Source of the DNA: an uncultured Alphaproteobacteria bacterium
Lineage (GTDB): Bacteria; Pseudomonadota; Alphaproteobacteria; Rhizobiales; Rhizobiaceae
Length of the DNA: 64,000 bases
Reading direction: 5' to 3'
Assembly: GCA_963697325.1 (NCBI GenBank)
Contig: CAVONR010000018.1
Coordinates: 81,833-145,832, forward strand
Shown here: positions 47,427-58,439 of the stretch, one piece after another
How the letters are laid out: every line of letters begins with the position of its first letter
Numbering within the stretch: the stretch's first letter is position 1
Position numbers and translations under genes: made by a program
The notes under the pieces: generated by a model
Told to the model about the DNA's origin: nothing
Databases searched by the model: none
What the model saw: the letters and a program-made list of their open reading frames with translations, nothing else

Positions 47427-48062
47427 ATGCAGACCATTCCTGCCCTTCGAGCCGGCGGGCTCGTGCCAGCCAGAATTGCATTGGCGCTCATCGCCCTGCT
47501 GACACTGGCGGGCTGCGGCATCAACAACATCCCGAGCTACGAGGAAGCGGCCAAGGCGCGCTGGAGCGATGTGCTGAACCAGTACCAGCGCCGCGCCGAC
47601 CTCATCCCCAACCTGGTCGAGACCGTGAAGGGATATGCCGCCCAGGAAAAGGACGTGCTGACAAGCGTGGTGGAAGCGCGCGCCAAGGCGACGCAGATGC
47701 AGATTCCGCCGGACGTGCTGACGAACCCGGATGCGTTCAAGGCCTTCCAGGACAACCAGGCGGCTCTCACCGGCGCGCTTTCGCGCCTGCTCGCGGTGGT
47801 TGAGGCCTATCCCGACCTCAAGTCGAACCAGAATTTTCTCGCCTTGCAATCGCAGCTGGAAGGCACGGAAAACCGCATCGCGGTGGCGCGGCGCGATTAC
47901 ATTGCGGCAGTGCAGGCCTACAATACCGAGTTGCGGACCATTCCGGGCCGGTGGTGGCGCAGCTTCATGTACCCCGAGGCGCAACCGATGCAGAATTTCA
48001 CGGTCGAGGCCGACAAGCTGGAACTGCCGAAGGTCGACTTCAACAAGCAGCCGGCCGGCTGA
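47427..48062 (+). CDS. lemA: LemA family protein
   Basis: Intact 211-aa ORF with a lipoprotein-like N-terminus (LLTLAGC) and LemA repeats (..W.DV.NQYQRRADLIPNLVETVKGYA.E.. and ..AYPDLK.NQNF..LQ.QLEGTENRI..AR.DY). Confidence 0.9.
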   Translation: MQTIPALRAGGLVPARIALALIALLTLAGCGINNIPSYEEAAKARWSDVLNQYQRRADLIPNLVETVKGYAAQEKDVLTSVVEARAKATQMQIPPDVLTNPDAFKAFQDNQAALTGALSRLLAVVEAYPDLKSNQNFLALQSQLEGTENRIAVARRDYIAAVQAYNTELRTIPGRWWRSFMYPEAQPMQNFTVEADKLELPKVDFNKQPAG

Positions 48063-48077
48063 CGCCGGCAGAACGCC

Positions 48078-48881
48078 ATGCGCCTGATCGGGCTCGTTGC
48101 CGCCTTTCTCATCCTTCTTGCGGCGCCCGCGCTGGCGCAGGAGGGCGGCTGGCCCGCGCTCACCGGTCGCGTGGTCGACATGGCCGGCATGCTCGGCCCC
48201 GCGGCAAAGGCAAGCCTCGAGGCCGAACTTGCGGCCTTCGAGGCGAAGTCCTCCGACCAGGTGGTGGTCGCAACCATCCCCTCGCTCAACGGGGCGGTGC
48301 TTGAAGACTACGCCAACGGGCTGTTCCGGCACTGGCAATTGGGGCAGGCGCAGGAGAACAACGGCGTGCTGCTGCTGATCGCGCGCGATGATCGCAAGAT
48401 GCGCATCGAGGTCGGCTACGGACTTGAGGGAATTCTCACCGACGCGCTTTCGCGGCTGATCATCGAGGACGTGATCGTGCCCTCCTTTCGCGCCGGCGAC
48501 TTCGAGGGCGGAATCACCCAGGGCACGCAATTCATCGTCAAGGTGCTGTCGGGCGACACGGCGGAACTGGAGGCGCGGGCCAAGCGCAACCCGCCGGAGG
48601 ACATCGGCAAATTGATCGACTGGGTGTTCACGACCATCGTGCTCCTGTGGTTCGCCTTTGTCTTCGCCTCGATCATCTTCGGCTTCCTCGCGCCGGTCTA
48701 CGGAAGAAAGCTTGGACCCGGCCGTTATGAGTGGCTCGGCATCGAATATGACCAGCGCGCAGCATCGCGCAGCGGGAGCAGCGGCGGCGGCTGGTCGTCC
48801 GGACGCAGCAGCAGCGGCGGGGGCGGGTTTTCCGGCGGCGGCGGCTCTTCGGGTGGAGGAGGGGCGTCGGGCGGATGGTGA
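48078..48881 (+). CDS. TPM-domain protein (YgcG-like) with Gly-rich tail
   Basis: Signal peptide, then a TPM domain (..VVDMAGML..QVVVATIPSL..G..LE.YA..LF..W.LG....NNGVLLLIA..DRKMRIEVGYGLE), a TM helix and a GGGGS-rich C-terminus. Confidence 0.85.
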   Translation: MRLIGLVAAFLILLAAPALAQEGGWPALTGRVVDMAGMLGPAAKASLEAELAAFEAKSSDQVVVATIPSLNGAVLEDYANGLFRHWQLGQAQENNGVLLLIARDDRKMRIEVGYGLEGILTDALSRLIIEDVIVPSFRAGDFEGGITQGTQFIVKVLSGDTAELEARAKRNPPEDIGKLIDWVFTTIVLLWFAFVFASIIFGFLAPVYGRKLGPGRYEWLGIEYDQRAASRSGSSGGGWSSGRSSSGGGGFSGGGGSSGGGGASGGW

Positions 48882-49513
48882 AGCTGGAACTGACACCGCA
48901 ACAAGGCGAGGCCATCGTCGCCGCGATCCGCGAGGCTGAAAAGCGCAGCAGTGCGGAGATCTTCGCCGTGCTGGCGCGGCGGTCCGGCGACTACCGGCTG
49001 CCGGCCACGGCATTCCTGCTGACCTGGGTGATCGCCGTTTCCTGCGCCATCGCCGTGTTCGCGTGGCGGCACTGGATATCCATACCGCTGCCGGCGTTCG
49101 CGCTGGCGCAGTTCCTTTCCGCCGTGACGGTCTTCGTGCTGATGCATGCGTTTCCCGAGGTCGCGGTGCGCTTCGTTCCGCGGCGCGTGCGCTATGGCCG
49201 CGCCCATGCCAGCGCCGCGCAGCAGTTTCTGGCGCATGGCATTCACCACACGCACGGGCGCACCGGGGTGCTGGTGTTCGTGTCGATGGCGGAGCGCTAT
49301 GCCGAGGTGAGGGCCGACAAGGCGATTGCCGACCGGCTGGGCCAGAACTTCTGGAACGATTGCGTTGCAAGGCTGATCGACAGCGCATCCAGGGGCGCGG
49401 TTGCCGAGGGCCTCGTTGCGGCGATCGGCACGATCGGCGAGCGGCTGGCGCAGGAATTCCCGCCTCGCGAAAACGACCGCAACGAACTCGAGGACCGGCT
49501 TGTGATCCTCTAG
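48875..49513 (+). CDS. TPM-domain protein
   Basis: Third gene of the LemA operon. Its ATG overlaps the upstream stop. Two TM helices are followed by a TPM-like domain (..RTGVLVFVSMAERYAEV.AD..I). Confidence 0.78.
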   Translation: MVKLELTPQQGEAIVAAIREAEKRSSAEIFAVLARRSGDYRLPATAFLLTWVIAVSCAIAVFAWRHWISIPLPAFALAQFLSAVTVFVLMHAFPEVAVRFVPRRVRYGRAHASAAQQFLAHGIHHTHGRTGVLVFVSMAERYAEVRADKAIADRLGQNFWNDCVARLIDSASRGAVAEGLVAAIGTIGERLAQEFPPRENDRNELEDRLVIL

Positions 49514-49567
49514 CCCCGGCAATCGAAGCGTGACATTGTTCGCCTGGTCTTGCGGAGGGCGAAGCGG

Positions 49568-50948
49568 ATGAACGTGGCGGCGGTGAACGCGGACATACGT
49601 CCGGCAGATCGCAAGGGCATCTGGGGCTGGATGCTGTTCGACTGGGCGGCGCAGCCGTTCTTCACGGTGGTGACGACCTTCATCTTCGGCCCGTATTTCG
49701 TGGCGCGGCTCGCCTCCGACGACACCACCGGGCAGGCGTGGTGGGCTTACGGCGTCGCGGCTTCGGGCTTCATCATCGCCGTCCTGTCGCCGGTGCTCGG
49801 CGCGATCGCCGACAAGACCGGCCCGCGCAAGCCGTGGATCGCCTTCTTCGCCGCGATGAAGATCGTTGCGCTGCTGCACGTTGTGGTGGGCCGCTCCCGG
49901 CTCCAGCCTGTTGTGGGTGATTACCGTGTTCACGCTGGCGACGGTCGCGGCGGAATTTTCCATCGTGTTCAACGATTCGATGATGTCGCGGCTGGTCTCC
50001 AAGAAGGACATCGGCAAGGTCTCCAACATCGCCTGGGGGCTCGGCTATCTCGGCGGCATGATCGTCCTGATCTTCGTCGTCGCGGTGCTTGCCGCCTCGC
50101 CGGAGACCGGCAAGACCATCGCTCGGCATTTCGCCCGGCCTCGACATCGCCGCGGGCGAGGACGCGCGCCTGACCGGGCCGATCGCGGCAATCTGGTATC
50201 TCGTCTTCATCCTGCCGATGTTCATGTTCACGCCGGACAGCATGCGCGGCGAGCCGTACGACATCGGCCGTTCGCGACGGGCTCGCGGACCTGCGCGACA
50301 CGGTCAAGGAAGTTCGCAAGCAGCCCGGCATCTTCCGCTTTCTCGTCGCGCGCATGATCTACCAGGACGGCGTCAACGCGCTGCTGGCGCTTGGCGCGCC
50401 CTTCGCGGCCGGGATGTTCGCCTGGCAGACGACCGAGATCGGCCTCTACGGCATCATCCTCAACGTCGTCGCGATCTTCGGCTGCATCGTCGCCGGTTCG
50501 CTCGACGCGCGTCTCGGCTCGAAGCGGATCGTGCTGTTTTCGCTGGCATTGCTGCTGCTCGCGACCATCGGCATCGTCTCGACGGGTCCGGGCTACACGC
50601 TCTTCGGCCTGGTGCAATTGTCGACGGCCGACAGCGGCGGCTTCTTCGGAACGCCGGCCGAGCATGCCTATATCGGCTATGGCCTGCTGATCGGCATTGC
50701 CTTCGGCCCGGTGCAGGCCTCGTCGCGCTCCTATCTGGCGCGCAGCGTGCCGCCGAGCGAGACGGGACGCTATTTCGGCATCTATGCGCTGGCCGGCCGC
50801 GCGACGAGTTTCCTCGCGCCGCTTCTGGTCGCCAACGTCACGCTGTGGAGTGGCTCCAGCCGCCTCGGCATGGCGCATGATCATTCCGTTCTTCCTGGTG
50901 GGCGCCTATGTCCTGCTGCGGACGCCCTATCCGGCGAACGCCCGCTGA
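49568..50948 (+). pseudogene. MFS transporter, UMF1/Atg22-like family, several frameshifts
   Basis: Contains GIWGWMLFDWAAQPFFTVVTTFIFGPYF.., ..AEFSIVFNDSMM.., ..MIYQDGVNALLALG.., ..GPVQASSRSYLARSVP...G.YFG.YAL.G.ATSFLAPL.. spread over at least 4 frames. Confidence 0.78.
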
Positions 50949-50951
50949 AGC

Positions 50952-52587
<1,636 letters not shown>

Positions 52588-52676
52588 GCGGCGGCTCCGA
52601 TTGATATTCGCGCTCCACCTAGCATGGCGGCGAGAGAGCGAAAACATCGGCGCGCAGTTATCCTTGCCAAATCAGC

Positions 52677-54368
52677 TCAGCGCCGCGTGAGTGTCCAGCG
52701 CAATTCGGCGAGGCTGGAGACATTGCCGCGCAGCACGATCTGCAGGCTGCGCCGCGAACCGGCGGGCACGGCGAAATATACGCCTTCCTCAAGCTGCGGC
52801 GTGGCGGCGTCGCAGGCAAACTCCCAGAGCGCGCCATCGGCGCTGCGCAGGGTAATGCTGCCGCCGCTTTCGACGTGGTGCGCCTCCACAGACGGGTGCA
52901 GGTGGAATCGGATCGCGTAGGCGTCGCGAAGAACGGTCTTCGATTTCTTGCCGGTTTGGCGGAAGCGGTCCAGTCCGGTAAGGGCCGTGCCGTCGCCGGA
53001 AAGCCGCAAGTGCCGTTCGTGAACCACTCCGAAGGCGCGCGCATAGCCGTCATGGCTCGCGGTTACCGTCACCGCGCCATCGGCTTCGCGCCGCTCGACA
53101 TGGACGTTGGACGGGCCCGAGGCGATGTACCAGGGTGAGTTGGCATCCTTGCGGTCTTCCACGACGAAACGGCATGCGGAAGTGTCGTTCAGCGTCATCG
53201 TGGAATGGGCGGCAGTGGATCGTCCGGCGAGCATCGTCGTTTGCGGTGCGAGCGCGGGAACCCCGCAATTGACGATCAGCAGGGCCTCGCCGCTGGTCAT
53301 CTCGAAGGAAAGCGTGCCGGCATGTGCGGCGCTGGAAAGATCGGGCGGCGGAGGCTTGCCGGCTTCCATCAGGATCGTCGTGCCGCCGGCCTGCAGCCGC
53401 TGATAGCCGCTATATGGCGCGCTGTCGGGCACCGCGCCCATCACGTCGTCATAGCGCAGCACGGTGGAAATCAGGCTTTGCGGCGTATGCCCGCCGCCAT
53501 TGAAGCGGGCGATGCCGCCATCGCCGAGCCGGTAGAACCGCACGGCCAGCATCATGCGGTCGATCGCGGAAACGAGCTGGGTCGAAGGCGCCTGGCCGAC
53601 CCGCATGAAGGACTGGCGCAGCGGCAGGAGCAGCGCCAGCAGGTCGACCAGCACGGCCGGGTTGCGCGAGACATGCCCGCCATCGGGCAGGATCTGGCGC
53701 GCGAGTTCGGCATCGAGGTGCTTTTGCGCAGTGCGCGCCGCGCCTTTCGGGATGGATACGCAAATATCGGCATAGGCGAGCGCCGAGAGACACAACAGCC
53801 GAGGCATGCCGTCCGGTGCACCCGAGGCCACGGTGCGAAGGTAACGGATATGGTAGCCGATGGATTTGAGGAAACGGCGATAGGAGCCCAGATCGGTCTT
53901 TTCGACGATCAGCACCGAATGGCTGAGCCAGGACACCAGCCGCTGTGCGCTGGTCTCGGCGTCCCAGGCCAGATCGTCGCGCGGGCGCGGATTGGCCTCG
54001 ATCCAGTCCTTGATCAGGGCCTGCGCATTGGTCGCCGATAGCGGATCGCCCGCGGCCCCGAGGTGGCGCAGCCAGCCGAAAGCATGCAGTTCGCGGGCAA
54101 ACGCGGGCGAGGGAGGCGGCATGGAGAAGGGATTGCCGCCCGATGTCGCCAGAGTCTTTCCGGCAAGATGGAAATTGCCTGCATAGATTTCCTGGGCCAC
54201 GGTCGGGTCGGGCGTGTGCAGGTCCGGCGGGGCAAGCAGAAGGCGCTCGGGCGCGGGCCCGGAGACGCGGACGCGGCCACGGTTCGACCCGGCAAGGCCG
54301 CGGCGCAAGCGCCGCCACAAGCCCGAAAGCGCCATGCCGAACGATCCTGACTGATCCGCCAGCGCCAT
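52677..54368 (-). CDS. heparinase II/III-like family protein
   Basis: Intact 563-aa ORF sitting between rsmB and purH. N-terminal ..HAFGWLRHL.. and a C-terminal beta-rich domain resemble heparinase II/III-like proteins. Confidence 0.8.
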   Translation of the reverse strand: MALADQSGSFGMALSGLWRRLRRGLAGSNRGRVRVSGPAPERLLLAPPDLHTPDPTVAQEIYAGNFHLAGKTLATSGGNPFSMPPPSPAFARELHAFGWLRHLGAAGDPLSATNAQALIKDWIEANPRPRDDLAWDAETSAQRLVSWLSHSVLIVEKTDLGSYRRFLKSIGYHIRYLRTVASGAPDGMPRLLCLSALAYADICVSIPKGAARTAQKHLDAELARQILPDGGHVSRNPAVLVDLLALLLPLRQSFMRVGQAPSTQLVSAIDRMMLAVRFYRLGDGGIARFNGGGHTPQSLISTVLRYDDVMGAVPDSAPYSGYQRLQAGGTTILMEAGKPPPPDLSSAAHAGTLSFEMTSGEALLIVNCGVPALAPQTTMLAGRSTAAHSTMTLNDTSACRFVVEDRKDANSPWYIASGPSNVHVERREADGAVTVTASHDGYARAFGVVHERHLRLSGDGTALTGLDRFRQTGKKSKTVLRDAYAIRFHLHPSVEAHHVESGGSITLRSADGALWEFACDAATPQLEEGVYFAVPAGSRRSLQIVLRGNVSSLAELRWTLTRR

Positions 54369-54477
54369 CAGCTCGATTTTCCTCCCCCGCCACTGTGCCG
54401 CGGTGATTCATAGGGTGAAATGTTTGCGGAAATCCGGCTCCCCTGTCCGCAAAGACACAATGACAGCTTACGCCGGT

Positions 54478-55911
54478 TCAGGCAATTTCGAAGCGGCAGG
54501 CGAAGAAGCCGTCCATACCGCCTGTGGATGATTTTTCGTGCTGCTTCGCTTCATGCGCAGTGTCGTGCGGCGCTTGATTCCCAGAAGCCTGCGGCGCTTG
54601 ATTCCCAGAAGCCTGCGGCGCCGGCATGTGAAAGGGAAGCGTGCGCAGCGCGCCCTGGCCGTTGACGAGGTTTTCCGCGCCCGCGATCTCGCCCTTGCGC
54701 AGCGGCTTGTGGACCAGGCCTTCGGGCGCGCGCTGGATCGCGGCGAGAAGATTTTCGCCCTCGCGCTTCAGCATGGAGCAATTGGCGTAGACGAGCGTGC
54801 CCCCGGGCTTGACGAAGCCTGCTGCCTTGCGGATCAGCTTCATCTGCAGGATTGCCAGCGCCTCGACGTCCTGCGGCGTCTTGGTCCACATCACGTCGGG
54901 GTGGCGGCGGATCGTGCCGGTGGAAGAGCAGGGCGCATCGAGCAGCACCGCGTCGAACTTTTCCTCCGGTTCCCATTCGAGAATGTCGGCGGCAACGGTG
55001 GTCGCTTCCAGTTTCAACCGTTGCAGGTTCTCGTGCAGCCTCCCAAGACGCGGCGGAGAAATGTCTACCGCGGTGACGTGCGCGCCGAGGCTGGCGAGCT
55101 GCGCGGTCTTGCCGCCCGGCGCGGCGCAAAGGTCGGCGACGCGCTTGCCCGCGACATCCCCCAGCAGCCGCACCGGAAGGGCGGAGGCCGCGTCCTGCAC
55201 CCACCATGTGCCGTCCAGGTATCCCGGCAGGTCGCGCACGGCGACGTCGCTCGCCAGCCGCAACGAGCCGGTCGGCAGCACGGTCGCGTTCATTGCGCGC
55301 GCCAGTTCCATGACTTCATCGCCGGAAAGCCGTGGCGAGGGCGTGATGTCTATGACCGGTTCGTCAAGCACGGCGCGGGCAATGGCATCGGCATTCTCGC
55401 GGCCATGGTCGCGGCGAAGCTCGGCGGCCAGCCAGGGCGGAAAGACCGTGGCGGCATCGCGAGGCAGGTGCAGCTGATCCTTCTCGCGCGCGAGGCGGCG
55501 CAGCACGGCATTGGCCATGGCGGCGAAACGGGTGGTTCGGTTGTCCTGCGAAATGGCGGTGACGGCCAGATCCACCGCCGCGCTGTCGGGCACGTCCATG
55601 TATAGGATCTGCGCGGCGGCTGCGTGAAGCGTGTGCAGCAGGTGCCGCGCCTTTTGCGGCGGCTTGCGGTCGACCATTCTTGCGAGCGCGCGCTCTATTT
55701 CGCCGCGATGGCGAAGGGCTGTGACCGCGATGGCGCGGGCCAGCGCGCGGTCGCGGGCATCGAGCGCCCGCATGGGGGCGAGCCCCTGCGCCTCGTCGGT
55801 CAGCACCTCGAGGCTGCGGCGGTCGTCGACAACCCGCCCGATCAGGGTTGCCGCGATCTGGCGTGCGTCGAAACCGGGCCTTCTCTCGCTGGTTTTTTGG
55901 GGATGCTTCAC
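54478..55911 (-). CDS. rsmB: 16S rRNA (cytosine967-C5)-methyltransferase RsmB (Sun)
   Basis: Intact 477-aa ORF with an NusB-like N-terminal domain, SAM motif DLCAAPGGKT, and DAPCSSTGTIRRHPD and CSMLKREGE catalytic Cys motifs. Confidence 0.9.
   Translation of the reverse strand: MKHPQKTSERRPGFDARQIAATLIGRVVDDRRSLEVLTDEAQGLAPMRALDARDRALARAIAVTALRHRGEIERALARMVDRKPPQKARHLLHTLHAAAAQILYMDVPDSAAVDLAVTAISQDNRTTRFAAMANAVLRRLAREKDQLHLPRDAATVFPPWLAAELRRDHGRENADAIARAVLDEPVIDITPSPRLSGDEVMELARAMNATVLPTGSLRLASDVAVRDLPGYLDGTWWVQDAASALPVRLLGDVAGKRVADLCAAPGGKTAQLASLGAHVTAVDISPPRLGRLHENLQRLKLEATTVAADILEWEPEEKFDAVLLDAPCSSTGTIRRHPDVMWTKTPQDVEALAILQMKLIRKAAGFVKPGGTLVYANCSMLKREGENLLAAIQRAPEGLVHKPLRKGEIAGAENLVNGQGALRTLPFHMPAPQASGNQAPQASGNQAPHDTAHEAKQHEKSSTGGMDGFFACRFEIA
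54567..54621. repeat. 24-bp direct tandem repeat, 2.3 copies, inside the rsmB 3' region
   Basis: GCGGCGCTTGATTCCCAGAAGCCT occurs at 54567-54590 and 54591-54614, plus 7 nt of a third copy. It encodes APQASGNQ twice. Confidence 0.9.
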
Positions 55912-55960
55912 GACCGCGTGCCGCCTGCGGCAAGCACGGGCTCAAGCCATTTGAAGGCGG

Positions 55961-56992
55961 TCACGACCATGGCCCGCGCGGCTCGTCGCCGGGCTTGCGG
56001 CCCCACTGGCTGTTGCCAGCGTTGGGAACCGAGGCCTTCGGCCGCGCCGCCGGCCCGGCCTTGCTGGCCGGCGCTTCCCATGGACCGCTAGCGGATTGGT
56101 CGTCGGGCGCGCGCGGGTTTTCCCCGCGCGGCTCGGAGGCTTCCATCTGGCGCAGCTCGGCGTCGAGCGCCTCCAGCGCCTTGATCCGGTTCAGCGTATT
56201 GGGGTGGGTCGAGAACAGGCTGTCGCGCGCATGCTGGCCGAGCGGATTGATGATGAACATGTGCGCGGTTGCCGGGTTGCGTTCCGCGTCGCGGTTGGGG
56301 ATTCGCCCGGCCGCGACCGCGATCTTCTCGAGCGCGGATGCGAGCCAGAGCGGCTGGCCGCAAATCTGGGCGCCGAGCCGGTCGGCCGAATATTCGCGCG
56401 TGCGGCTGATCGCCATCTGCACGATCATCGCCGCGAACGGGGCCAGCAACACGGCGAGCAGCGTAGCCAGGGCATTGCCATTGCCATTGTTGCGGTTGCC
56501 GCCCATGAAGAAGGCAAAGTTGCCGAGCATGGAAATGGCGCCGGCAAGCGTTGCCGTGATGGTCATGATCAGCGTGTCCCGGTTCGCGATGTGCGCCAAT
56601 TCATGCGCCATCACGCCGGCGACTTCCTCGGGCGTCAGCGTCTCGAGCAGTCCCGTCGACGCGGCAACAGCCGCGTTCTGCGGATTGCGGCCAGTGGCGA
56701 AGGCGTTGGGCTGCGGCGAGTTGATGATGTAGGTGCGCGGCATCGGCAGGTTTGCCGCCTCCGACAACCGCTTCACGATCTCGTGGAATTCGGGCGCGTT
56801 TTGCGGGCCGACCTCGACGGCGTGGTGCATGCGCAGCACCATCTTGTCGGAGTTCCAATAGCTGAAGATATTCATGCCGGCGGCAATGACGAAAGCCATC
56901 AGCATGCCGGACTGGCCGCCTATGGCATAGCCGACGCCCATGAAAAGCGCGGTCATGGCGGCGAGCAGCATTGCGGTGCGCAAGATGTTCAT
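55961..56992 (-). CDS. htpX: zinc metalloprotease HtpX homologue (peptidase M48)
   Basis: Starts at the ATG at 56992 ([13 protein letters not shown]..) and carries the [10 protein letters not shown] zinc motif and four TM segments. Confidence 0.9.
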   Translation of the reverse strand: MNILRTAMLLAAMTALFMGVGYAIGGQSGMLMAFVIAAGMNIFSYWNSDKMVLRMHHAVEVGPQNAPEFHEIVKRLSEAANLPMPRTYIINSPQPNAFATGRNPQNAAVAASTGLLETLTPEEVAGVMAHELAHIANRDTLIMTITATLAGAISMLGNFAFFMGGNRNNGNGNALATLLAVLLAPFAAMIVQMAISRTREYSADRLGAQICGQPLWLASALEKIAVAAGRIPNRDAERNPATAHMFIINPLGQHARDSLFSTHPNTLNRIKALEALDAELRQMEASEPRGENPRAPDDQSASGPWEAPASKAGPAARPKASVPNAGNSQWGRKPGDEPRGPWS

Positions 56993-57135
56993 GAAATTGA
57001 GCTCCGGGTCTGGCCTGTGCAAACGCGCGGCTCGGGCTATATCACAATAGGCATGGCCGCACGCATTCAAATGATGCACAAGCAGGCGATGCGCAAGAAT
57101 GCAGGCGCAAAGTTTCCGCTTCAAAAAGCGCGGAG

Positions 57136-57363
57136 GTGAAATTGAACGGCTCCAACAAAGACCCTCAGGATGCGGCGAACGAGGACGCGGCCCCGGCACG
57201 CGTGTTGCCGCCGGCAGCCTTGCGCGCCCTGGCGGAAGCCGAGGCGCGCCGGCGCGAGCAGGACGCGAGGCCACCGCTTCCTCCGGAAATCAATGGACGC
57301 GACGGTCCAGAGCCCGTCCGCTATGGCGACTGGGAGAAAAAAGGCATAGCCATCGATTTTTGA
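57136..57363 (+). CDS. DUF1674 (SdhAF4-like) small protein
   Basis: 75 aa ending ..[25 protein letters not shown], with a GTG start. Confidence 0.75.
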   Translation: MKLNGSNKDPQDAANEDAAPARVLPPAALRALAEAEARRREQDARPPLPPEINGRDGPEPVRYGDWEKKGIAIDF

Positions 57364-57434
57364 GCGGCTTGACGGCCCGTACTGAATTGCCTAGGAATTT
57401 TTCCCTATAGGAAGATAATCCTTGGGGAATCATT

Positions 57435-57911
57435 GTGCGCCTGCATGCATTTCTTGTCCTGCCCTTGTTGCACGTTCTGCTTGCCGGGGCGGCCGCGCCC
57501 GCCCAGGAGCAATCGAAGGGAGCTTCTGCGCATTCCATCGCCGGCCCGGTGCAGGCCCGCGTGGTCAAGGTGCTCGACGGCGACAGCTTCTCGGTCGATG
57601 CCCTCGTGTGGCCCGGAACCAGCGTATCCGTTTCGATCAGGGTGCGGGGGGTCGACGCACCGGAGCTTCGCTCCAAGTGCCCGCATGAGCGCTGGCTGGC
57701 GCGGCAGTCGCGCGAGGGGTTGACGGAACGCCTGGCGATGCAGGACGTCAGCCTGCACAATATCGACGGCGACAAATATTACGGGCGGGTGCTCGCCGAC
57801 GTCAAACTGGCCGATGGCAGCGACCTGGCGCAGGTACTGCTCGCGAATCGGATGGTTCGGCCCTATGGCGGGCAACGCCGCAAGGGCTGGTGCAGCCCGA
57901 TTCAGTACTGA
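57435..57911 (+). CDS. thermonuclease (SNase-like) family protein, secreted
   Basis: Signal peptide followed by ..VLDGDSF..IRVRGVDAPE.. and ..DKYYGRVLADV.., typical of staphylococcal nuclease homologues. Confidence 0.82.
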   Translation: MRLHAFLVLPLLHVLLAGAAAPAQEQSKGASAHSIAGPVQARVVKVLDGDSFSVDALVWPGTSVSVSIRVRGVDAPELRSKCPHERWLARQSREGLTERLAMQDVSLHNIDGDKYYGRVLADVKLADGSDLAQVLLANRMVRPYGGQRRKGWCSPIQY

Positions 57912-58092
57912 GTTTGCGCCAGGTTGCGTTTGACCGCGCGGGCATAGATTGGGCGTGCTGCCCATTTTTCCGGCATTTGGTGACGCTGCGGCAGGCAGTT
58001 CGAGCGCAAGGGCGCTTATCTCGCCTTTTTTTGCATGGCAGCAATGAATATTTTGCACTGCACAATGAACGCAAAATGAATATATTTGAAAC

Positions 58093-58218
58093 ATCAGATC
58101 GGCCCGGACATATCCTCCTCCCATGTCCCGGTTGAGTTCCGGCAAATCCTCCTCCCTTGCCGGAACGTTGTAATGAAGCCCGCCGGATCCTCCTCCCCCG
58201 GCGGGCTTTATTCATTTC
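58093..58218 (+). ncRNA. trans-acting sRNA with three anti-Shine-Dalgarno loops (alpha-r14 / NfeR1 / CcsR 'cuckoo'-like)
   Basis: Three hairpins each carry the identical 11-nt loop ATCCTCCTCCC. Stems are 58104-58111/58123-58131, 58137-58145/58157-58165 (9 bp perfect) and 58178-58186/58198-58206 (9 bp perfect, followed by TTTATTCATTT). An upstream CTGCAC-N17-TATATT lies at 58058-58086. Confidence 0.7.
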
Positions 58219-58250
58219 AGCAGCCCCAAACCAGTTCAGCCTCAGCCGCC

Positions 58251-58286
58251 ACAAACGAAAACGCCGCTCCCCGGGGGAAGCGGCGT
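58251..58286 (-). terminator. intrinsic terminator of a short minus-strand transcript
   Basis: The stem ACGCCGCT..AGCGGCGT (58261-58286) is followed on the minus strand by UUUCGUUUGU. Confidence 0.45.
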
Positions 58287-58373
58287 CGCGATTTTCGTCG
58301 GAAGACGGACCTGTGGGAGGTACGGGCAGGCAAATGCCGACGCCCGCACCTGTCCGCGCTTCACTTCATTCGA

Positions 58374-58439
58374 TCAGAGGCTGCTCCGATGGAATGACGA
58401 TCCGCTCAAGCCCATGCAGTTCCGGAAATCACTCGACAT
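58374..58439 (-). CDS. candidate 21-codon small ORF behind a perfect extended Shine-Dalgarno
   Basis: The minus strand reads AAAGGAGGTGATCC-G-ATG TCG AGT .. TGA (MSSDFRNCMGLSGSSFHRSSL). No homology recognised, and coding status is unproven. Confidence 0.25.
   Translation of the reverse strand: MSSDFRNCMGLSGSSFHRSSL

Noticed and set aside
47424-49388. 654-aa ORF antisense to lemA and both TPM genes (the longest ORF in the track)
   Set aside because: It spans three well-supported plus-strand genes and their junctions. Its low-complexity R/A/P-rich translation marks it as a GC-driven shadow ORF.
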